From positions 1-38,382 of the forward strand of contig PSLL01000014.1 of NCBI GenBank assembly GCA_040289575.1: 38,382 bases of DNA, read 5' to 3'. Shown here in pieces: positions 1 through 8,432 of the stretch. The notes beneath the pieces were generated by a model. That model was not told the DNA's origin and did not search any database. It saw nothing but the letters and a program-made list of their open reading frames with translations. Positions within the stretch are counted from its first letter, which is position 1; the number at the start of each line of letters is the position of its first letter. The DNA is from Candidatus Dadabacteria bacterium (GTDB lineage: Bacteria; Desulfobacterota_D; UBA1144; Nemesobacterales; CSP1-2). The translations under genes were made by a program, and so were the position numbers.

Positions 1-100
1 ATACAGAACACAGAATACAGGGAAAAACCTCAAGTCCATGTATCCTGTACCCTGTCTTCCGTATTCTTCTATTCATCTAAATTCGTGCTCATTCGTGGCT
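1..100. repeat. Composite short-repeat hairpin element (CAGAATA-like units plus ATTCGTG..ATTCGTGGCT arm), left part cut by the window edge
   Basis: 81-100 ATTCGTGCTCATTCGTGGCT is the reverse complement (18/20) of 11851-11870 AGCCACGAATGAATACGAAT. Both loci contain CAGAATACAG units opposite degenerate complementary CTGTA/TATTCT-type tracts. Confidence 0.6.
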
Positions 101-107
101 GATTACC

Positions 108-1253
108 CTAATTTTCAAAAAGTGTAAAGACCAAAAACCCGATAAAAACAAGGACCGCGGAGATTGAATACATCCCTATGAATCCCAAATCCCTCGCAAT
201 TAAGCCGAATCCAAACGCAAGAAAATTTGTTCCCATACTAAAGCAGGCATTAAATGCACCCATAGCCTTCCCCCTTTCGTCGGGTTTTGCTCTGTCTATA
301 ACAAGTGCACTCAGGGTCGGGTAAAGCATTCCGTAGCTAATGCTGAATAAAAAAGAGATTAAAACAAGCCTATAAACTGAATTTATCAGACCTATTGACA
401 CAAGGGATAGAGAAAAAAACAGGAGGCTCGGAGAGGCTATCTTTTTCCTTCCAAACACATCTGAGATCCTTCCTCCCAAAACCCTCATGGACGTAACCGT
501 CACAGTGTATGTTAGAAAAAAATAAAAGACATTTAAGCCCTTGGTTTTTACATATGCAGAAATAAAGTTGAGCACAGAGCCGAATCCGCCCGCAAGGATG
601 AGGTTTGAAATGAGGGGCACGGCGTACCTTCTTGAAAATGCAAGTCGAAAGAAATCAAGCCCATACGGATCAACAGAGCGTTTAAAATGGGCGTCATCGG
701 TCAAATACACAAGAACGGTTGCAATAAGGCTGAACGAAGAGGCATAAATGAAAAAGGATTGAAATCCGAGATTCTCAATCACGGCCTCCCCTACAGTCGG
801 CCCTAAAGCGTAAGAGGCTATAGTAAAGGCTCCAAATATTCCAAGCCCCTGCCCTCTTCTTTCCTCAGGAATAAAATCAGAAGCGGCGGTTCCAGCAGAG
901 GTGAAAAAGAATGCAAAACCTATTCCCTGAAATATCCTAAACAGGTAAAAAAGCGGGCTCAGTCGTGTAATAACGAGGTAAGAGAGTGAGGATAAACACA
1001 TAACAATAGAGCCAAAGAGCATAAATTTTCGTCTTCCATATTCATCTATCAAGAATGCGACAAATGGAGTTGAGCCAAGAGAGGTTATGCCAAAAGAGCC
1101 CATGATAAACCCTACGTTCCCTTCATCGCCGCCTAGTTTCTTAATGAATAAAGGAAGAAGAAAAAAAGAAGAAAAGTTACAAAAAAGAAAGAAGGTTGCT
1201 ATAACTACCAACGTAAAATTCCTTTTCTGAGCTCTATCCAGTCCTGAGATCAT
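108..1253 (-). CDS. MFS transporter
   Basis: 381 aa with about 12 hydrophobic segments. MFS motif A occurs twice (IDEYGRRK; GRISDVFGRKK), with ERRGQGLG/ERGKAMG loops. Confidence 0.92.
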   Translation of the reverse strand: MISGLDRAQKRNFTLVVIATFFLFCNFSSFFLLPLFIKKLGGDEGNVGFIMGSFGITSLGSTPFVAFLIDEYGRRKFMLFGSIVMCLSSLSYLVITRLSPLFYLFRIFQGIGFAFFFTSAGTAASDFIPEERRGQGLGIFGAFTIASYALGPTVGEAVIENLGFQSFFIYASSFSLIATVLVYLTDDAHFKRSVDPYGLDFFRLAFSRRYAVPLISNLILAGGFGSVLNFISAYVKTKGLNVFYFFLTYTVTVTSMRVLGGRISDVFGRKKIASPSLLFFSLSLVSIGLINSVYRLVLISFLFSISYGMLYPTLSALVIDRAKPDERGKAMGAFNACFSMGTNFLAFGFGLIARDLGFIGMYSISAVLVFIGFLVFTLFEN

Positions 1254-1285
1254 CTCGGCTATAATAACATTTTCAATTTCACAAC

Positions 1286-1351
1286 CACAGAGTTCGCAGA
1301 GAAAAGAAAAAAGACTTATCTCTTCTTAATCTTTTCTCTGCACTCTCTGTG
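1286..1351. repeat. Imperfect inverted repeat (CACAGAG..GCAGAGAAAAGA / TCTTTTCTCTGC..CTCTGTG)
   Basis: Complementary arms read directly between the MFS start and the tRNA promoter. Confidence 0.6.
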
Positions 1352-1364
1352 ATTGTGAAAGATT

Positions 1365-1392
1365 TTGACAATGGTTGATGTCGTGATATAGT
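1365..1392 (+). promoter_or_regulatory. Sigma70-type promoter of the tRNA pair
   Basis: TTGACA (1365-1370), 16-nt spacer, extended -10 TG-a-TATAGT (1387-1392), 13 nt upstream of tRNA-Lys. Confidence 0.75.
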
Positions 1393-1405
1393 TTTTGTTT
1401 ACATC

Positions 1406-1479
1406 GAGCCGTTAGCTCAGGCTGGTAGAGCATCTGCCTTTTAAGCAGAGGGTCGCAGGTTCGAGTCCTGCACGGCTCA
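1406..1479 (+). tRNA. tRNA-Lys (anticodon TTT)
   Basis: Acceptor stem GAGCCGT/ACGGCTC, D-arm TAGCTCAG..GGTAGAGC, anticodon arm TCTGC-CTTTTAA-GCAGA, T-loop GGTTCGAGTCC. CCA is not encoded. Confidence 0.97.
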
Positions 1480-1514
1480 TTTCAATATTGGTAGATTCAA
1501 AATCCCTAACTTAA

Positions 1515-1592
1515 GTCCCCGTCGTCTAGGCAGGCCTAGGACACCGCCCTTTCAAGGCGGTAACAGGGGTTCAAATCCCCTCGGGGACACCA
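1515..1592 (+). tRNA. tRNA-Glu (anticodon TTC)
   Basis: Acceptor stem GTCCCCG/CGGGGAC, anticodon arm CCGCC-CTTTCAA-GGCGG, T-loop GGTTCAAATCC, ends in ACCA. Confidence 0.97.
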
Positions 1593-1645
1593 AGAATTAC
1601 AAGTAGTTACAAAGCAGGTAGTATCACAACCCTGCTGGTGCCTAC

Positions 1646-1780
1646 CTATTGTCTACCTGATAGCCTTCTTTCTTTGTAAACATCAATATCTTGGGCGGTA
1701 ATTTCACTTAACTTTTTATTATCATAGAATCTTGCAAAGCGGTTTATTGATTCTTTTATTCTATCATTACCTTCCCCAGT
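1646..1780 (-). pseudogene. Fragment of tyrosine-integrase core-binding (SAM-like) domain
   Basis: Manual translation gives DRIKESINRFARFYDNKKLSEITAQDIDVYKERRLSGRQ*. KLSEITxxDIxxY is typical of phage integrase N-terminal domains. It points toward the tRNA 3' end and has no start codon. Confidence 0.55.
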
Positions 1781-1885
1781 TTATTTATAGGCTTTACCCC
1801 TTGGTAATATAGCATAGACTAAATGACTTTTCTTCCCCCTCTCAGGTGTAAATAGGACTCTCCAGTCTCCAACCCTAGGGTCTCT
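1781..1885 (-). pseudogene. C-terminal fragment of a RelE/ParE-family toxin
   Basis: Manual translation gives RVGDWRVLFTPERGKKSHLVYAILPRGKAYK*, matching the RelE RVGDxRxxF..I.PRG..YK pattern. An in-frame stop lies immediately upstream. Confidence 0.65.
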
Positions 1886-1952
1886 TTATGTCTCTCTATG
1901 TATTCATTTACAAGATCAGAGAGGTTAAATTGAAATTATTAAGGAAATTCGA

Positions 1953-1968
1953 CTGGCATCCTTTTTGC
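1953..1968 (+). promoter_or_regulatory. Putative sigma54 (-24/-12) promoter
   Basis: CTGGCATCCTTTTTGC has exact GG-N10-GC spacing and lies about 100 nt upstream of the GAF ORF. Confidence 0.5.
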
Positions 1969-2066
1969 GCTCTAAAATTATTAAAATTGAGAAATTCTGC
2001 TTAAATTCACTTTTTAAATTATTCTATAATCACCTTCAAGGGGATAAAAGTTGAAAATGATGAGCT

Positions 2067-2511
2067 ATGGAAAACATCGGTTCTTATGAGAAATTAAGTC
2101 AGAGAAATAGGGACTTAGAGATATTAACTAGAATTATACAATCGGTACATAAGTCCTATAATTTAGAAGAGGTTTACATGGTTATCTTAGATTCGGTTAT
2201 GGAGTTAGAAAATGTAGATATGGTAATGGTCTATTTAATAGATAAACAAAGGCATGAGGCAATACTTCAAGCCCATAGAAACCTTCCTGGAGATTATGTA
2301 AGAAGAGCCGGAAGAATCCCTTGTCTTAAAGGAGTAACGTGGAAGGTGATTAATAGAGGTGAGTTGCCTATTTGTCCTTGACGACTTCGGAGTCGGGTTC
2401 TCATCCTTTTCCCACCTAAGCACTCTTCCGGTAGACTACATCAAGATTGATAGATCCCTCATTCATGGACAGGGATACCTCTGGGGACTACCCAGTGCAG
2501 AAATTCCTTAG
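2067..2511 (+). pseudogene. Internally deleted GAF...EAL signalling gene (c-di-GMP phosphodiesterase remnant)
   Basis: 2067-2381 is a partial GAF domain ([29 protein letters not shown]). Another frame at 2371-2511 reads [41 protein letters not shown], joining the EAL motifs DDFG, KID and QGY with the usual intervening segment missing. Confidence 0.8.
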
Positions 2512-2537
2512 CTCATGAATCTCTTCTATGGAAGAGA

Positions 2538-2895
2538 TTAAGCAAGCCTCTTTTTAACTCGTCTGTAACGGCGTTTCTTCTGCTTGCGGTTCTTTTCCCT
2601 ATTTAGCTGTTCAGGAGACTTTTTACCGAGTATCTTCTCCTCAATTTTGATACTAACAGGCGGCGGGCTAGAAATCGGTTTAATCCCTGTGAATGTCCTC
2701 TTTGTTCTTTTACCATTATTCCTGTGGGAATATGCTTGAGCTGTACACACGTAGAGACCTTATTCACATTTTGACCGCCAAAACCCCCCAGAGTGTATAA
2801 AGGTCTCTTCAATGTCCTCCTCAGAAATGCCGAAGCTCACGCATACGCTTTAGGAGTGCCTCTTCTTTTTCAGGGCGTACACCAAATTTGCCCAT
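2538..2895 (-). pseudogene. Short class-I release-factor-like peptidyl-tRNA hydrolase (GGQ, ArfB-like), three frameshifts
   Basis: Joined frames read MGKFGVRPEKEEALLKRMREL / GISEEDIEETFIHSGG / GGQNVNKVSTCVQLKHIPTGI..SQGLNRFLARRLL / IEEKILGKKS..RKQKKRRYRR, i.e. a GGQ domain plus basic tail. Confidence 0.8.
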
Positions 2896-2900
2896 CGCCT

Positions 2901-3296
2901 TTAGAACCGCCTCCGTATCCTTTCAAGAATTAGATGGGACATTGATTCATCACCGAACGTCCCTACTCGAATCGATATTTCAGTTACATTTTCAGCTTTT
3001 CTATTAAGAGCAATTTGGATTTTTTTACCGTCAGCCGTAAAAGCAACCAACGTGGCAGAAACAGCATCTTTGTCCTTAGCAGTGACAGTAAATCCCATAT
3101 CCTTAATCGCTGCCTGGGTTGCATTCCATGCCCTATCAAGAGAAACCCCTTCGGTTGAATGTAGTTCCCCCTTTTATATATAGGATCGTATCAGCACCTC
3201 CGGCAGCAGCCCCCCAAGTAGCACCGCCGCACAACCACTGTTCATCAACAAACCCATACCCAATACAGTTATAATCAACCCCTGTTTACTGTTCAT
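2901..3296 (-). pseudogene. DUF3568-like lipoprotein, disrupted
   Basis: Signal peptide with NSGC lipobox-like motif, GAAAGGA segment in a shifted frame, and C-terminal ISIRVGTFGDESMSHLIL. Compensating indels in two G-runs (near 3210 and 3170) leave an in-frame TAA. Confidence 0.7.
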
Positions 3297-3544
3297 ATTT
3301 CTGGCTCCTTTAGCTTAAATGGTGATAAACCATCAATGTGATTATACCCTGACATCCTTTTTTATCTAATAGCCTTCCGTCTCCGGAAAATAAAAAATCT
3401 AAAAACTTAAGTAACTTACATAACCCTATTCTGTCTAACTCAAACAACCTACCCCAGTGACATACCCTTCCCCTGTTTAAGAAACCTTTTGGCTATTTCT
3501 GAAGTTATATATACAAAACACTAAACGGCAAGGAGGTGAGTTGA

Positions 3545-3919
3545 ATGAGAAAAACAATCGCTTTTGTCGCTATTACGGCTTTTATTGCAACTACCAGTTT
3601 GGGTCTTGCGGCAACAAAAAGGGTCTCACACGAAGGGCTTACAGTATCGGGCAAAGTATCGGCAATCGAAGACGGTATCCTCAGCCTGAAAGAATCTAAT
3701 GGTCAAACCTTCAATGTTGCGGCAGAAAGTGACAAGCTTAAAGGGATAGAAGTAGGCGACAGAGTTACAGTAAGAGACGTAAATGGCTGGGCGGTCTCCA
3801 TTAATAAGATGGAGAAGACTGAAATGAAGCAACACACAAAGCAAGTAGCTAAAAAACATAAGACCGCTGAAAAGAAGATGTCTACGCCTAAACCAGTAGC
3901 TACACCTAAGTCCGAGTAA
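3545..3919 (+). CDS. Exported small beta-barrel/OB-fold-like protein with Lys-rich tail
   Basis: Strong RBS AAGGAGG, signal peptide, pattern VSGKVSAIE..LKGIEVGDRVTV, basic low-complexity C-terminus. Confidence 0.8.
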   Translation: MRKTIAFVAITAFIATTSLGLAATKRVSHEGLTVSGKVSAIEDGILSLKESNGQTFNVAAESDKLKGIEVGDRVTVRDVNGWAVSINKMEKTEMKQHTKQVAKKHKTAEKKMSTPKPVATPKSE

Positions 3920-3930
3920 TTAAAAAACCG

Positions 3931-3988
3931 TAAGGAGTGGGCAGATACCCCATCTATTATTATCTGCTCTTCATCTACCCACTCCTTA
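3931..3988. terminator. Long hairpin, probable terminator or mRNA-stabilising stem
   Basis: TAAGGAGTGGGCAGAT / ATCTACCCACTCCTTA pair at 15/16, 11 nt after the stop codon, preceded by an A-run. Confidence 0.5.
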
Positions 3989-4064
3989 ATAGTTGTGGCT
4001 TGTAATTGTTATTTTGAGTATTACCAAACTTGCCATTATATTAACAAACTGGAGGGATTAGGAG

Positions 4065-4346
4065 ATGAAGAAGGTAATTCTACTGGCTACCCTTTTGGTG
4101 GTTCTTTTAATTCCAGCAATATCAATGGCACGGACAGATGTTTTTTTTAATCTTGGTGTAGGTATTCCGGCTCTAACTTTGGTTGTTCCTCCATCGGTTT
4201 TTATAGCTCCTACTCCGGTTGTCATATATCCCCCTACCGTTGTTGTTCAACCTGCCCCTGTAATCGTTGATCCACCCGGGTGGTATGTAGGTAGACATAA
4301 GGGATGGTATAAATATCACAAACACGAACTTGAAGAAGACGATTAG
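4065..4346 (+). CDS. Exported Pro/Val-rich small protein (PXPV-like)
   Basis: RBS AGGAG, signal peptide, repeats APTPVVIYPPTVVVQPAPVIV, tail PPGWYVGRHKGWYK. Confidence 0.8.
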   Translation: MKKVILLATLLVVLLIPAISMARTDVFFNLGVGIPALTLVVPPSVFIAPTPVVIYPPTVVVQPAPVIVDPPGWYVGRHKGWYKYHKHELEEDD

Positions 4347-4471
4347 AGTAGATATGTCTCTAAAGACAAACCAAGTTGTAATTAAAGATATATAAGAAAC
4401 TTATAGAAGAGAGCCGATTTTAACTTACCTTGGAAACCAAACAAGCATTCAATTCGAGAGGTTAAAAATAA

Positions 4472-5653
4472 ATGAAAAAGAATCTGGTAGTAATTGGTCT
4501 AGCTCTGGTAATGCTTTTGAGTATTGGACATAAGAGCCAGGCTCAAGAATATACAACAGCCAGCTTCAATATGTTCTTTGATGCCCTTGCCCTTTATGGC
4601 AACTGGACATCAATGCCAGACTACGGATACGTATGGCAACCGACAGACGTTGGGCCAGATTGGAGACCGTACACTAATGGACAGTGGGTCTGGACAGATT
4701 ACGGATGGACTTGGGTTTCTTATGAGCCTTGGGGATGGGCCACATATTACTACGGCAGATGGGTATTTATCGATGATTATGGATGGGTCTGGATACCTGG
4801 TACTGTGTGGGCACCTGCATGGGTTACGTGGTATACGGGTCCCGAATATATAGGATGGGCTCCTCTTCCACCCGATAATAATTTCTTCCTTGAAATAGGC
4901 ATTGGGCCAATTGCCTTCAGCTACTATACACGACCCAGCCATTGTGTGTTTGTCCCTGCGAGCTCCTTCCTGAGTGTTAACATCAATTCTGTGGTGGTTC
5001 CTCAGTCAAGAAACATTACAATAATCAGAAACACGAAAAACATAAATAATATAACGGTCACCAATAATAGAGTTATAAACAATGGTCCGAGTGTAAGTAT
5101 TGTTGAGAGGGCCACGGGAGTAAGGGTTCAGAAAGTAAACATAGTAGACAGGAATATAGATAGACATGAAGTTCTTAAGAACGGCGCCGATGTAAACAAA
5201 CTGGAGAGGAATAATTTGTATGTATTCCGTCCGAACATAGTCAAAAGGGCAAATGAAACGCCACCTATAATTAAAAGGGAACCCATAAAACATGGCCAGA
5301 TTAGCCAACCTATATATAAAGAAGAAGGGCTTGGCAAGCCCTCTGGGCAACAAAGCTTGGAAAGGGAGCCTGGTTTAAAGGGTGGTGAGATTAACCAACC
5401 CACTGTATATAGGGGGGAAGAAATTAAACCGTCTAAGCAACGAGAGTTTAAAGAGAAATTGCCTGAAGGCAGTGAGATTAATCAAGCGCCTGTGTATAGA
5501 GAAGAGTTTGGCAAGCCGTCAAAACAACAGGGTTTTGAAGAGAAACCGGCTTTAAAGGGTAACAGAACTACTGTAGAAGAAAAGAATAAAAATATAAATC
5601 CGTCAAAACAAAAGGAACATAAGGGAAAAGAAGAACAACAAAGGGAAGAATAA
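4472..5653 (+). CDS. Exported DUF6600-like protein with C-terminal ~29-aa repeats
   Basis: Signal peptide; Trp/Gly/Tyr-rich domain (YGYVWQP, WRPY..GQW, PWGWATYYYGRW, WAPAWV, IGWAPLPP); Asn/Ile/Thr-rich segment; three copies of about G.EINQP.VYREE..KPSKQQ..EE.P.LK. Confidence 0.85.
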   Translation: MKKNLVVIGLALVMLLSIGHKSQAQEYTTASFNMFFDALALYGNWTSMPDYGYVWQPTDVGPDWRPYTNGQWVWTDYGWTWVSYEPWGWATYYYGRWVFIDDYGWVWIPGTVWAPAWVTWYTGPEYIGWAPLPPDNNFFLEIGIGPIAFSYYTRPSHCVFVPASSFLSVNINSVVVPQSRNITIIRNTKNINNITVTNNRVINNGPSVSIVERATGVRVQKVNIVDRNIDRHEVLKNGADVNKLERNNLYVFRPNIVKRANETPPIIKREPIKHGQISQPIYKEEGLGKPSGQQSLEREPGLKGGEINQPTVYRGEEIKPSKQREFKEKLPEGSEINQAPVYREEFGKPSKQQGFEEKPALKGNRTTVEEKNKNINPSKQKEHKGKEEQQREE

Positions 5654-5717
5654 TAATAAGAAATTCAAATGCCTGTGCAGTCCTAGTTTAAATTTTAAAC
5701 CTAAGGAGGAGTTAACC

Positions 5718-6137
5718 ATGAATCTTCAGAGAAATAGGATTTTCGGGCTATCAACAATAATAGTTATGATGGCAAGCTTCATTCCCGTATCCCTAGTTTC
5801 TAAGAGCGCCGAGTGCGCTATGGCTGACTCACAAATGATTGTACCAGCTGGTAAAGTATCGCTGAGAAAAGTCAATGCGAAGAAGATCCGTCAGATGCTT
5901 GAGAACAAAATAGTGTCTCAGAGGCTGAGGGATTATGGACTTTCTGAAAAAGAAGTCTTATCAAAGATGGATAAAATGAGTGATGAACAGATTCATCAGC
6001 TTGCCGCTCTCTCTGATCGAATATCGTCTGGTGCCTACTATCGCGGTGGCTATGTACCAACAGAAACATTAATTTTAATAATATTCTTAACGGCTGCTTT
6101 CGCGGTACTCTTGGTAGCCGTTGCCGCAAGCGGTTAA
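5718..6137 (+). CDS. PA2779-family-like membrane protein
   Basis: RBS AAGGAG, N-terminal signal, VSQRLRDYGLSEKEVLSKMDKMSDEQIHQLA motif, C-terminal TM helix. Confidence 0.75.
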   Translation: MNLQRNRIFGLSTIIVMMASFIPVSLVSKSAECAMADSQMIVPAGKVSLRKVNAKKIRQMLENKIVSQRLRDYGLSEKEVLSKMDKMSDEQIHQLAALSDRISSGAYYRGGYVPTETLILIIFLTAAFAVLLVAVAASG

Positions 6138-6243
6138 ATGCTCTTCCGTTACTCTATTGGGATACTATGTAAGGTGGTGTCCGTGTTCTAAGGCGGTTTT
6201 TATACTACAGGGCTGTGGCTTCTATACTGAACAGCTAAAGTAA
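6138..6243 (+). pseudogene. Stub of a lipoprotein gene (signal peptide only)
   Basis: ATG directly follows the upstream TAA. Reads MLFRYSIGILCKVVSV then, in a shifted frame, AVFILQGCGFYTEQLK* (LQGC lipobox). Confidence 0.35.
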
Positions 6244-6248
6244 ATCTA

Positions 6249-7598
6249 TCATTTCAAACCTCCTCCCTTCTTCAACCTCTCAATTGTAACCTCAAAAGCC
6301 TTAACCGTCTTTTCTATATCTTCATCCGTGTGAGCGGAGCTAACGAGACCTCCGAGATGAAAGATATCCACTCCCTCAAGGAGCATAGATAATTGAAATA
6401 GCCGTGCAAGGTTTTTCTCCGCGCCCGTCTTTAGAATATCCGTGGAGAGCATAGGATTCCTAATATCCCCTCCGATGAAATTCTCCGGTTCCGCCCCTAA
6501 GACTATATGAAATACCGAGCTATCTCCATATACACAACCCATGACCCTAAATGTCTTTATGACATCGTTTAAGGCTCTTCTTATCTCCGATGCCCTGTCC
6601 GCGGCTTCTTTTTGAGGCTTGCCCGTCTTGGTTATATTCAAACATGCAATCCCGGCAGAGGCGGAAACAGGATTGGCATTAAATGTGCCATTGTGTCTTA
6701 CCTTTCTTTTTCGGTCCTTATCCTCGTCTCCGCTAAATTCGATTAACTCCAATATCTCCCTCTTACCTACCACCGCACCGCCCGGAAATCCTCCGGCAAG
6801 GATTTTTGCAAGCGTCGTCACATCGGGGACTATTTTATATAAACCCTGAACACCGCCGGGAGACCACCTGAACCCGGTCACTACCTCATCAAAGATCAAG
6901 ATTACACCATACCTTTTTGTCAGGTCTCTTAATTTCTCAAGAAATCCATCGGGAATCGGCACCTTAGCCCATGAGCCGCCCGTAGGCTCAATTATCACTC
7001 CGGCAATGTCCTTGTCGGTTGCCAGGACATTGTCTAAAATGGATAAATCGTATGGGAGCACAATTATAGTGCTTAAAACACTGTCGGGAACCCCGGCGGG
7101 CTTTGATTCCCATGGGGGCCTTTCCCCCAAGGAGAGATAATCGTGCCACCCGTGAAAGTGTCCCTGAAATTTAATTATCTTATTCCTGCCTGTGTAGGCT
7201 CTGGCAAGTCTTAGGGATAAGAGAGTCGCTTCAGTTCCAGAACTTGTAAATCTGACCTTTTCTGCTGAGGGAATCAGGCCCTTTACAATCTCGCCCCACT
7301 TTATCTCAATCTCACTTGAGCCACCGTAATGGGTTCCTTTCGAAATCACATCTCTTACAGCACTTATCACCTCTTCCCTTCCATGCCCTAAAAGGAGCGC
7401 ACCGTGTCCCATAGCAAAGTCTACATATTCATTTCCATCAACGTCCCATTTCCTTGAACCCTCTGCTTTGGACACATATATTGGGAAAGGGAGGAGATAC
7501 CTTATATCATGTGTTATTCCACTGGGAAAGATATGGCGCGCTCTTTCAAATAGGGCTCTTGACCTAGATCTTTTTTCTATATATTTCTCCTCAATCAT
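6249..7598 (-). CDS. Class-III PLP aminotransferase (glutamate-1-semialdehyde aminomutase-like)
   Basis: Motifs WDVDGNEYVD, SGTEAT, FQGHFHG, LIFDEVVTGFR, TLAKILAGG (PLP Lys), GTFNANP. Lacks the HemL SPVRAF motif. Confidence 0.9.
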   Translation of the reverse strand: MIEEKYIEKRSRSRALFERARHIFPSGITHDIRYLLPFPIYVSKAEGSRKWDVDGNEYVDFAMGHGALLLGHGREEVISAVRDVISKGTHYGGSSEIEIKWGEIVKGLIPSAEKVRFTSSGTEATLLSLRLARAYTGRNKIIKFQGHFHGWHDYLSLGERPPWESKPAGVPDSVLSTIIVLPYDLSILDNVLATDKDIAGVIIEPTGGSWAKVPIPDGFLEKLRDLTKRYGVILIFDEVVTGFRWSPGGVQGLYKIVPDVTTLAKILAGGFPGGAVVGKREILELIEFSGDEDKDRKRKVRHNGTFNANPVSASAGIACLNITKTGKPQKEAADRASEIRRALNDVIKTFRVMGCVYGDSSVFHIVLGAEPENFIGGDIRNPMLSTDILKTGAEKNLARLFQLSMLLEGVDIFHLGGLVSSAHTDEDIEKTVKAFEVTIERLKKGGGLK

Positions 7599-7766
7599 TA
7601 CGCCTCCCTAGTTTCCGCAAATTTAAGTTTACCCTAAAAGGGAAAAAGAATAAGAGATAAATCTATATACAAATGAATCATTATTAGAACGGCATCAAAC
7701 AAACCCTGAAAATGCATATTGAAACACGAAGCCTCTAACCGGATAATTATATAGGAAGTAAAGTGC

Positions 7767-8357
7767 ATGAAAAAGACTCCTTACCTAATATTACTGATTC
7801 TCATCTTTATACTAAGCTGCGCTAAGGCTCCAAAGAAATTTACTCAGATTCCACCTAAGCCTAACAATGTATTTAACGCTTCATTTAGTCAAACCTGGTC
7901 TGCAACCCTGGCGGGGCTAGAGTGGATAAAGTGGTCTCCGGCCTTTACGGATAAAAAGGAAGGGAATATAAGACTCAGAGAAGCGTACGTTTATAGAAAA
8001 TCAGGGAATCTAATTAGAGCCTATCACTGGCCCCCCATAGAAGAGGCTAGGAAATCGGGAATTGACGATTATCTTGAGAAGGTTGCCTATTATGACAACA
8101 GCATCTTCGATCCTAATAAAGCCGTATTTTCTCAGGAAAACATTGAGATAAAAGTAATTAGTCTGTCAAAACTGGAAACGAAGGTCGAGATAAACTATAA
8201 AATAAAGCCGTATTTAAGCTCAGGCAAATTTGGAAATCAGGTTAGATCAAAGGGCTATATAGAATCATTGCTACTCCAAAAAATCCGCGAGAAATTAAAA
8301 GGACAGCCAGTCTCTTTAGGAGATAACCCACAAGTTTATGGGGAAATATTTAACTAG
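7767..8357 (+). CDS. Hypothetical lipoprotein
   Basis: MKK, hydrophobic stretch and ILSC lipobox; 196-aa open frame. Confidence 0.75.
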   Translation: MKKTPYLILLILIFILSCAKAPKKFTQIPPKPNNVFNASFSQTWSATLAGLEWIKWSPAFTDKKEGNIRLREAYVYRKSGNLIRAYHWPPIEEARKSGIDDYLEKVAYYDNSIFDPNKAVFSQENIEIKVISLSKLETKVEINYKIKPYLSSGKFGNQVRSKGYIESLLLQKIREKLKGQPVSLGDNPQVYGEIFN

Positions 8358-8432
8358 AGCCAAATTCATTGGATAGATCTTATTCTTAAGGTCACCCGTT
8401 AGGGTAAAATAGAAAAGAGGAATAAAAAATCC

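Noticed and set aside
2826..2840. Programmed +1 frameshift (CTT CGG C) in the GGQ gene, by analogy to prfB
   Set aside because: It lacks the CTT-TGA site and internal SD, and two further frameshifts follow. Decay or sequencing error is the simpler explanation.
1560..6250. attR duplicate of the tRNA-Glu 3' end delimiting an intact island
   Set aside because: No convincing second copy was found by eye, so the island boundary cannot be defined.
6249..7598. Assigning the symbol hemL
   Set aside because: Diagnostic HemL motifs are absent.
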